The position numbers and the translations under genes were made by a program. 30,640 bases of DNA, taken from the IMG/VR virus record IMGVR_UViG_3300031524_000058, positions 1 through 30,640 of that record; one strand, given 5' to 3'. The notes under the pieces are model-generated. The model was not told the origin of the DNA and did no database searches. It saw only the letters and a list, made by a program, of their open reading frames with translations. This document shows positions 14,540 through 21,675 of the stretch, one piece after another. Within the stretch, counting starts at the first letter, position 1. Each line of letters opens with the position of its first letter. The stretch is from a virus (taxonomy: Duplodnaviria > Caudoviricetes).

Positions 14540-15469
14540 ATGGCCTCACCGCACCCCAAACCCGCTCCCTGGCTGTTGACGGCAGGTACCTCGACAGCCT
14601 CCCTCGTCAATTTGGTTTTAGCCTCGGTTCCCTCGCCCAACACCCGCCGAAGCTACGCCAAAGGCATCGCCGATCTGCTGGCCTTCGCCGATGGCCGCCC
14701 CATCACCAGGGTCCTGCTGCTTGAGTGGCGCGCGGCCATGAAAGCCGCCGGCCGATCCGCTTCCACCGTGAACCTGCGAATCAACTCGGCGCGCGCCCTG
14801 GTCCGGGAGGCGCTGGGGTCAGGGGCTGTCGACGCCGCGCAGGCCTTCGATCTGCTGCGCGTGGGCAACCTGCCCGTCCGCGGGGTCCGCGTCGGCAACT
14901 GGCTGACAGAAACGCAGGTCGACGAGCTGCTCGCCGTCCCTGATCGCACCACGCTTCGCGGCAAGCGTAATTACTGCATCCTGGCTGTGCTGGTTGGCTG
15001 CGCGCTGCGCGAAGAGGAACTCTTGACGCTCAAACTGGAGGACATCCAGAGCCGCGCCGGGCGCTGGGTGATACTCAACCTGATGAGCAAGGGCGGGCGG
15101 GTGCGGACCGTCGCAGTCCAACCATGGGTCAAGCAGGCTATCGACGCCTGGGCCAGCGCCGCGAAGATTCGCGATGGCAGGCTGATCCGCCAGACCACGC
15201 TCGCGCCTGGCGGGGTTTCCTCCGCAACCATCTGGAATATCGTGCGTGCCGCCGCCGCAAAAATAGGCGTCGCCAACTTCGGGCCCCATGATCTTCGTCG
15301 CACCTGCGCCAAGCTCTGCCACACCAGGGGGGCCAACATCGAGCAGGTCCAGCGGATGCTCGGCCACGCCGATATCCGGACGACTGCCCGGTACCTCGGC
15401 ACCGAGCAGGATCTGGTGAACGCCCCCAACGACCGGCTGGTCTTCGGAGCACCCTCGAAAAACCATTAA
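14540..15469 (+). CDS. Tyrosine recombinase (resolvase/integrase, Xer-sized)
   Basis: GCALREEE (R), SKGGRVR (K), HDLRR, MLGHADIRTTARY; 309 aa, no lambda-Int arm-binding domain. Confidence 0.95.
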   Translation: MASPHPKPAPWLLTAGTSTASLVNLVLASVPSPNTRRSYAKGIADLLAFADGRPITRVLLLEWRAAMKAAGRSASTVNLRINSARALVREALGSGAVDAAQAFDLLRVGNLPVRGVRVGNWLTETQVDELLAVPDRTTLRGKRNYCILAVLVGCALREEELLTLKLEDIQSRAGRWVILNLMSKGGRVRTVAVQPWVKQAIDAWASAAKIRDGRLIRQTTLAPGGVSSATIWNIVRAAAAKIGVANFGPHDLRRTCAKLCHTRGANIEQVQRMLGHADIRTTARYLGTEQDLVNAPNDRLVFGAPSKNH

Positions 15470-15592
15470 AATCCCCTCCAGCGCCTCCAGGAGCGATTCC
15501 GGGGTATCATCCCCTGTCCGAATCGCCGCGCGTGCGTCCTGGGGCATCCTGGCGCGGCGACTAGCCGGTTTAATCGCTCCAGACATGGGAAT

Positions 15593-15619
15593 GCCGCCTC
15601 AATCCAGGATTGAGGCGGC
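15593..15619. repeat. 27-bp palindrome between convergent recombinase and endolysin genes
   Basis: GCCGCCTCAATCC-A-GGATTGAGGCGGC; no clear U-tract on either side. Confidence 0.75.
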
Positions 15620-15669
15620 GGGAAGAACGGCTCCGAGGCAACTGTACAAACGTATAGTGCCCCGGAGAT

Positions 15670-16185
15670 TTAGGCTGCGCTCTTCAGCTCTGCCTGTAGC
15701 AAAGTTTGGTACTGGTCTTGTAGCTCTGCCATCGAACGGCCGCCCTGGCCGTAAGCGTTGCCGGGGAAGCTCGCCCAGATATTGCTGCAAGCCTGGATAG
15801 CGAGCCCGAAATTGCCCGACTCGATCAGCGCGATCGCACGCCGCTCCTTGATCTGCTGCAGCGCGATCGCGTCCTGGCTGGCGGGCGAGAAGTCCGTCAA
15901 CGACAGCAGCGTTTTGTATGGGCGCCACCAGCGGAGCATGAGCTGGTACCTGCCTGACGCGTCCGAGAAGAGTCCCTTGGGAAACTGCGCGCAAGGTGGC
16001 CGAACAAGGATCGCGCCCCGCCCATTGGCAAAGGGATGGGTGGTGTAATCCGAGAAGACGGAGGGGCCGTCGACGCCGGTGACGATGACGTCGTAGCCTC
16101 GGTTGCCCGTCAGGCGGCTCGCGCCGGTCCCTTCGCTCCAACTGATCAAGTCGAGAAATGCTTTTTCTTTTGCGTCGATGCTCAA
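15670..16185 (-). CDS. Endolysin, lambda R-type lytic transglycosylase
   Basis: KAFLDLISWSEGT, GYDVIV, FSDYTTHP, ASGRYQL, LTDFSPASQD, CSNIWASFPGNAYGQ; TTG start with AAGGAG RBS. Confidence 0.95.
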   Translation of the reverse strand: MSIDAKEKAFLDLISWSEGTGASRLTGNRGYDVIVTGVDGPSVFSDYTTHPFANGRGAILVRPPCAQFPKGLFSDASGRYQLMLRWWRPYKTLLSLTDFSPASQDAIALQQIKERRAIALIESGNFGLAIQACSNIWASFPGNAYGQGGRSMAELQDQYQTLLQAELKSAA

Positions 16186-16198
16186 TGGTTCAGACTCC

Positions 16199-16315
16199 TT
16201 AGAATCTTGGGTTGAGGACGCAGCTCAGATAACTGCTGGCGATGATCAACAGCAGGGTTATCGCAGCGCCCGAGAAGAAAGCTGTAGCAGCCAATTCATT
16301 CCGTGACCACTTCAT
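16199..16315 (-). CDS. Small single-TM protein (38 aa; not in the ORF track)
   Basis: MKWSRNELAATAFFSGAAITLLLIIASSYLSCVLNPRF; GGAGG RBS; fills the gap before the endolysin. Confidence 0.55.
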   Translation of the reverse strand: MKWSRNELAATAFFSGAAITLLLIIASSYLSCVLNPRF

Positions 16316-16316
16316 T

Positions 16317-16853
16317 TCAGGCCGCCGGCTTCAGCTCCGCCAGCTCCACTTTGAGAGACGGCGCCTTGGTGTCGATTTTGAAGCAGAGCCCGATCATCGC
16401 TGTGAGTTTCGTTCGCAGGCGCGCGCCCATGGTCAGGGTCTTCAGCTTTCCGGCCGGCCCCTTCACCATGTTGTAGGTGGTGTGCTCCTCGAAGAACTCT
16501 TTGGCCAGCGTCGGCGTTTCCGTCTTGCCCAGGTACAGGCGCAGTTTTTCGACGGCCGCAGCATCGATCCACGTGAGCGTTCCCGTGGTCGTGGTCGCGG
16601 TATTATGTATTCCCTCGAGCCGCTTCGACTTATCGGTGTGCCGGCCGCCCCACTTCTCAACCATCGCCGTTAGCTCGACTTTGATCTCGCCGGCTGCGGC
16701 GCCCAATATCCTCGCGGTCGCGGCCAGAGCATCGGCGCGGGTCTGCGCGGCGGAGTACTTCGCGATCAACGCGTCGATCTGCTTCGGGGTGGGTGCCGTT
16801 TCCGGCGTAGGCGCGAGTTCAATTTCCTGCCCAACTTCGGTGGTTTCTGTCAT
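16317..16853 (-). CDS. Hypothetical soluble protein (helical N-half, beta-rich C-half)
   Basis: GAGGA RBS before ATG 16853 (ATG 16868 alternative); no TM segment. Confidence 0.7.
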   Translation of the reverse strand: MTETTEVGQEIELAPTPETAPTPKQIDALIAKYSAAQTRADALAATARILGAAAGEIKVELTAMVEKWGGRHTDKSKRLEGIHNTATTTTGTLTWIDAAAVEKLRLYLGKTETPTLAKEFFEEHTTYNMVKGPAGKLKTLTMGARLRTKLTAMIGLCFKIDTKAPSLKVELAELKPAA

Positions 16854-16965
16854 TTCGGTTTTCCTCATTGCCTTCTAGCCCAAGGCTAGATGGCAATCGG
16901 CTCGTTACGGGCACCCCTTGTTTCCCGCGCGACCCGCTCCGCGGGTGCCCGGCCGGCAAGGACGC

Positions 16966-17361
16966 TCAGTGGCCGATGAGCCCGTTCCTGGGAAATGCCC
17001 ACCCGAGCAGAGCGAACAGAGCTGAGGCTGCGGAAATCAGGGCCAGGGCCTGCCACCGGAACTTATTGAGAAGTGCGATGGCATCCTCCACAATCTTCAT
17101 GCGGCTGGGCTGGCCGTTCCCGTCGAGCCCAACTTTAATCGACGATTCGCATCGGACAACGCGGCTGACCATGTCGTTCCGGAATGTGTCAACCTCGCCG
17201 CGGAAGCGCATCCACTCCCCATCGCGGAACGCTCTGAACTCCGCAAGGATAAGCTGGCTCATAACAATCTGAGGCGTGAGCATCAGGGGCGTGTTCTGAG
17301 CTTGCGACTCTGCCACCAGGGCGGTGACAAGCGTTTTTTCGTCGTTGATTAATTGGTTCAT
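16966..17361 (-). CDS. Putative lysis-associated membrane protein (holin-like position, C-terminal TM)
   Basis: AAGGAG RBS; GNGQP then WQALALISAASALFALLGWAF; lies between tail tip and endolysin. Confidence 0.65.
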   Translation of the reverse strand: MNQLINDEKTLVTALVAESQAQNTPLMLTPQIVMSQLILAEFRAFRDGEWMRFRGEVDTFRNDMVSRVVRCESSIKVGLDGNGQPSRMKIVEDAIALLNKFRWQALALISAASALFALLGWAFPRNGLIGH

Positions 17362-17372
17362 GGTGAAGCTCC

Positions 17373-19976
17373 TTATGCAGTCGTGAGCGAACCGATCAGG
17401 AAATAGCCGAGCTTGCCCAGGAAGTCCGACGTGTGGATCGTGGCCACGGGCGTGATCGCGCCACCGGAGAAGGTCGCATCGACGTAATAAACGTAGTAGA
17501 GCGTGCTTTGCACCAGGCTCGGGATGGTGACCGCTCCGGCCGGCAAGCAACTCACCGACAGGCTTCCAACCGTTGCCGTGAACGGCGCGACGACGATATC
17601 AGCGGTCGCGCCGGTGACAGCGCTGGTCAGTGTGCCAGAAGGCGCCACTACTACGCCGGAAGTTGCGGAGATCGAGAGCGTAATGCTGATCGTGTCGCTC
17701 ACTGTGACCCAGACGCTGAATGTCCCGCGCGGGCGAAGCGAACGAATCTGGAAGTTGTAGGCAGAGCCGGCAATGACTCCGGCGACGAATGCCTGGAACA
17801 TGCTCACGTCGACAATGCCGGCGCTCAACCAGGTCGTAGCTCCCACGGCCTGATACTGGATCTCAATCTGCGTGACGGTGTTGTCGGCAGGCGTGGTCCA
17901 TGAGACGAGAGCACGCGGCGTGACGTTGCCATCCGCACCGATCAGCGCTGTGCCAGCGGAGCTGGTCACCGTCATGGATGACGGCGGCGCCGGTGACAGC
18001 GGAATCTGTGAAGCCCCCCAGGTGATGTCCTCCGGCGTCAGCTCCTCGGTGATGGACCAGGCGTAAACGGACGGGTCCGTTTCCTGGACGCTGGCGGTGC
18101 ATGAGATGGCGAGCGCGCCATCCTCTCCGGAGGCGCTCCTCACAGGCTCGGCGACGAGTTGAATCTTATCGAATTCCAGATATTTGCCACTCCACCCCAT
18201 CACTTCGAAACTGAAGTCCATCACGTCTGTAGGCACGGCCTGCCACGCGGCAAGGTTCATTGGGAAAGTGCCGGTGCCCTGTTGCCTGTTGCGCATCAGG
18301 TTGATCTTGGCCACGCGCTGCGCCTGGACTACCGAGATGACGCCGCGCAGGCTCAGCTCCTTCGGCAGCACAATGCCGCCATCGGCAGCGAGATATTGAT
18401 TCGACGTGTAGCCATGCAGGGAATCGGGCTGGTACTGCGGGAATGAAGTCGTCTGCCAGGCGTAATTCCAGAGGTTGTTCGTCGTGCCGTAGTACCAGCC
18501 GTTGGTGTCGTACAAATTGCCGGTCAGGGCATAGGGATAGTTCGGCGCGGTGTAGGTGCCGTTGACGCAGTTGATCAAATCCTTGAGGCTGCGATAGGGA
18601 CTCCAGGCGATTGAGTCGGTGAGGTTAGACTCGTCGAATGCAAAGCTTGGTCCCTGCCAGTAGGCGGGGAAGATGAACCACTCGCCACCGACGCGGCTGA
18701 GCCGGCCTGCGGCCGCCGGCATCATCGACGCCAGTGCATCACCGGGCGGCGTCGACGTGTCGTAGTGAATGTGCTGCTGAAAGTTCGATTCATTGCCCTG
18801 AGAGGTTGCGACCATCTGATCGCAGACGTTAGCAGCCGCGATGAGCTGGGCCTGGTTCACGGACGGATCGCCGAGGCCGAAGACGGGGTCGGCGATCACG
18901 TCGGCAACCTGGAGAGCCCAGTTGGTGCTGAATCCGTAAGTCGAGGTGCGTGGATCCCAAATGGTGTTTTTGCCGTTCACCGTGATGCGGATCTCCGGCT
19001 CGCCGGGAAACTGGGTCGTGTCGTATCCGATGTTCAAATACAGATATGCAACGCCCCCGCCGCGTGCTGTCGTCGGCCACTGGCTGTCGTTGGCAGTGAG
19101 CGAGGCCATGTAATCCCCAGGAGGTTGATCACCGAAGCGCACCTCGCAAAAAGCCTTGTTGGCAAAGTTGTAATGCGCGCCGCCAGGGCCGATGCCGTAG
19201 CCCAGGCCGTAGCCGGGAATGGCGGGGTCCTGCTGATCGGCGGCGCCGCTTCCACCGAAGGTGTACTTGCCCTGCACATCCGCGGTTGGAGTGGATGTGT
19301 AGCCGCTGCCGCCCGTCACCATTGTGACCGTCCATGCGCCGACGACAAAGTCTGTGCCGTAGCCGCCGGGCCCCGCGTTCGTGGCCCAGGCCTCGGCACC
19401 GGATCCGCCGCCTCCGGAGATAAACACGCGGAACCGCGTTGGCTTGATGTTCGAAAAGCCGGATCCACCCGTGGCAGTGATTCCGGTAATGACTCCGCCG
19501 GATACCGTGACGGTCGTTGTGGGTGGTGTGGATACATGGCCGCAGCCGATGTTCGCGGCGTTGCCGTTCTGCGCGAAATACAGTTGCCGGCCGTCCAGGT
19601 AGACGTTGATGAAACTGTCAATCGTCCAGGTCGCGACCGGGATTATAAAGTTCATGACGTAGTTGCCGCCGGAGCCCCCCGCGCCCGTGGTGGACTTGTA
19701 GGTGATGGTTCCGCCGACGCGCTGCTGACCGTAGATGAGCTGGCGAAGCCCCGCAGCGGTCCTGGTCGAAATGTTCATGCCCCGGTTGCCAGTGAGGGCC
19801 TCGGCGATTGCGCCGGCCTCCATGGAGACGCCAGCGCCGAGCAAGCCCACTTCGATGGTGCCCAGCATCCCGGACAGGTACAAGCTCGCGGGTATCAGCA
19901 AGGGATCGAGTATGCTGGCCGTGACGAGCGCTGCATCGGCTAGCAGGATGCCGGCTCCGTAAATTGCTTTAGACAT
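17373..19976 (-). CDS. Tail tip / central fibre protein (lambda J-like position)
   Basis: RQLIYGQQRVGG, GVAYLYL...FPGEPEI..TVNGK..WDPR...STNWALQVAD, AANVCD, AQRVAKINLMRNRQ, C-terminal FN3-like domain. Confidence 0.88.
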   Translation of the reverse strand: MSKAIYGAGILLADAALVTASILDPLLIPASLYLSGMLGTIEVGLLGAGVSMEAGAIAEALTGNRGMNISTRTAAGLRQLIYGQQRVGGTITYKSTTGAGGSGGNYVMNFIIPVATWTIDSFINVYLDGRQLYFAQNGNAANIGCGHVSTPPTTTVTVSGGVITGITATGGSGFSNIKPTRFRVFISGGGGSGAEAWATNAGPGGYGTDFVVGAWTVTMVTGGSGYTSTPTADVQGKYTFGGSGAADQQDPAIPGYGLGYGIGPGGAHYNFANKAFCEVRFGDQPPGDYMASLTANDSQWPTTARGGGVAYLYLNIGYDTTQFPGEPEIRITVNGKNTIWDPRTSTYGFSTNWALQVADVIADPVFGLGDPSVNQAQLIAAANVCDQMVATSQGNESNFQQHIHYDTSTPPGDALASMMPAAAGRLSRVGGEWFIFPAYWQGPSFAFDESNLTDSIAWSPYRSLKDLINCVNGTYTAPNYPYALTGNLYDTNGWYYGTTNNLWNYAWQTTSFPQYQPDSLHGYTSNQYLAADGGIVLPKELSLRGVISVVQAQRVAKINLMRNRQQGTGTFPMNLAAWQAVPTDVMDFSFEVMGWSGKYLEFDKIQLVAEPVRSASGEDGALAISCTASVQETDPSVYAWSITEELTPEDITWGASQIPLSPAPPSSMTVTSSAGTALIGADGNVTPRALVSWTTPADNTVTQIEIQYQAVGATTWLSAGIVDVSMFQAFVAGVIAGSAYNFQIRSLRPRGTFSVWVTVSDTISITLSISATSGVVVAPSGTLTSAVTGATADIVVAPFTATVGSLSVSCLPAGAVTIPSLVQSTLYYVYYVDATFSGGAITPVATIHTSDFLGKLGYFLIGSLTTA

Positions 19977-20427
19977 GCCATGCTCTTTTCACCGATGTGA
20001 TCGGGAGTCTCTTGAGACCCTGTTCGCCGGCGGCGACGATGTGCCGCCCGCTCAGGTGAACAAGCCCGGCGATAACCCGGCCGGCGTCTTCGAGGACAAC
20101 CAGATCGCCGCGCTGTGCCCTCAGAGGGTGCTGCCACTCGACCAGGTCATGCTTCGTGGCGCACCAGGCGGCAGCGTCTTCGACGGTGCCATTCTCGATG
20201 CCGGTGACCTTGACGATTGCGGCCTTCGCGCCGGTCTCGTCGGAATAGAGGCCGCGAAAGTCGCTGGCAATATCGAAGCCGGTCATCGCCTGGATCCCTG
20301 CAGCGGCCATTAACGCGCAGTCCCACGTCCCCCACTTGAAGGGCGTCCGGGTGTTGTCAACCAGGAACTCATGGAACTCTTTCTCTGCCCATGATTCCGA
20401 TCTTTTAAGGGTCATGCGATTCTCCAT
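19969..20427 (-). CDS. NlpC/P60-like tail assembly protein (lambda K-like position)
   Basis: PFKWGTWDCALMAA...AMTG.D, AQRGDLVV; start at 20427 or 20415. Confidence 0.8.
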   Translation of the reverse strand: MENRMTLKRSESWAEKEFHEFLVDNTRTPFKWGTWDCALMAAAGIQAMTGFDIASDFRGLYSDETGAKAAIVKVTGIENGTVEDAAAWCATKHDLVEWQHPLRAQRGDLVVLEDAGRVIAGLVHLSGRHIVAAGEQGLKRLPITSVKRAWHV

Positions 20428-20984
20428 CAGGCCACCCAAATAAGCGCCTGGTCATTCAAACTTTCAACGGATTGGAAGAAAGTGTCGCCGGGGAAATAAA
20501 GCATCTGGTCCGCCGATGTGTAGCGGCGCATGTTGGCCCGTGACAGGTTCGAGAGCTTGTTCTCGAGGGCCAGCGTGATCGACAGCGTCTTGGTTCCGAT
20601 CTGAATCTTGGGCTGATCAACAGTGCCCACGAACAGCGGGTATGGCGTGCCGAAGATGTTGCCGTTTAAGTCCAGAAGGCCGAAGTAGATCGTCACCGGC
20701 GCGCCTAGCTGGATGTCGGCCATGCACTCATCGAGCAACAAAGGATCGATGGCGGAGAGCGAGATCGAAGAGCCGTATGCCTGAACGTCCGTGCCTTCGA
20801 CGATGGGCGAAAGCTTGCCGAAATCGCCCACGCCTGTGTACGTGTTTCCGGCGTAGACGAGGTTGCCGACGCCGGTCCAGCAATGCACAACCTGGCTATG
20901 AAAAGTGATGATCGCCATGAACAGCGGCCGCACGTAATTCGAGACCAGCGGGGCAACCATGGGGGCGGAGATGTTTCTGGGCAT
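20427..20984 (-). CDS. Minor tail / baseplate hub-like protein
   Basis: WTGVGNL..GNTYTGVG..G.LSPI.E, RRYTSADQ..FPGD.FF; synteny. Confidence 0.78.
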   Translation of the reverse strand: MPRNISAPMVAPLVSNYVRPLFMAIITFHSQVVHCWTGVGNLVYAGNTYTGVGDFGKLSPIVEGTDVQAYGSSISLSAIDPLLLDECMADIQLGAPVTIYFGLLDLNGNIFGTPYPLFVGTVDQPKIQIGTKTLSITLALENKLSNLSRANMRRYTSADQMLYFPGDTFFQSVESLNDQALIWVA

Positions 20985-21634
20985 TACCGCACCTCGGTTG
21001 CAGAGACCGAAAGCTGCAGCAGGCCGGTGAAGTCACCGTGCCAGCTACGGGCGTTGTCTTTCAGGCGGAACAGGCCGACCGTGTCGATCAGGTTGATGGC
21101 CGTGAGGTTCGGCGGCGACTTGCGAAGCGAGGGCCAGATAGCAATGGTCGCGTTGCCGCCGGCGTCCGAGTTCACGGCCTCGCAGACAACATGAAGCTGG
21201 TAGCCGATCTGGAGATAATCGCCGGCGAGAAGCTGGCCGAAGACGTTGGGAGTCCACCCGCTCGTCACGAGGGAAGTGGCCGAGGTGAGGTTGTTCGTCC
21301 CCGTGGTGTTGCAGATAGGAGCGCCCTCTGCCGCTCCGAGCGGAGTTGCGCAGAATGGATCGCCGATTTGAAACACGTTGCCGATGCCGCGAAGCTCGGC
21401 CATGAATCCGCGCCACGGAGAGGCAACCCAGCGATTCATCTTTGGCAGCGTGAAGCTCAATGACCAGCCGTCCGCTCCCGGCCAGGCGAACGTTTGATTC
21501 CGCGAGGGAACGAACGGAGATCCAACATTGGCCACCGCGTCTTCCATCGTCACGCTGATGTCCGCCATGCCGGGATAGGGCGGCAGCGTTATGAGCGTGT
21601 AAGTACTCGACCCAATGGTGATCACTGAGGACAT
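20984..21634 (-). CDS. Distal tail-like protein
   Basis: Follows the tape measure gene; SPF...Q...WPG..W..S..LP.M, LLAGDYLQIG..LH.V, IWPSLR. Confidence 0.75.
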   Translation of the reverse strand: MSSVITIGSSTYTLITLPPYPGMADISVTMEDAVANVGSPFVPSRNQTFAWPGADGWSLSFTLPKMNRWVASPWRGFMAELRGIGNVFQIGDPFCATPLGAAEGAPICNTTGTNNLTSATSLVTSGWTPNVFGQLLAGDYLQIGYQLHVVCEAVNSDAGGNATIAIWPSLRKSPPNLTAINLIDTVGLFRLKDNARSWHGDFTGLLQLSVSATEVR

Positions 21635-21675
21635 GGGGACTCCGTTGTTATGCGTGGATCAGATTGGGCGGGAAG

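Noticed and set aside
14526-14540. Sigma-28 promoter (TAAA...GCCGATCA) before the recombinase
   Set aside because: Spacing is 3 bp rather than ~15 and the motif overlaps the start codon.
15593-15619. Protelomerase (telRL) site of a linear phage-plasmid
   Set aside because: Short GC-rich palindrome, and the adjacent enzyme is a 309-aa Xer-sized recombinase, not TelN-like.
18765-19943. 392-aa plus-strand ORF
   Set aside because: Antisense shadow of the tail tip gene.
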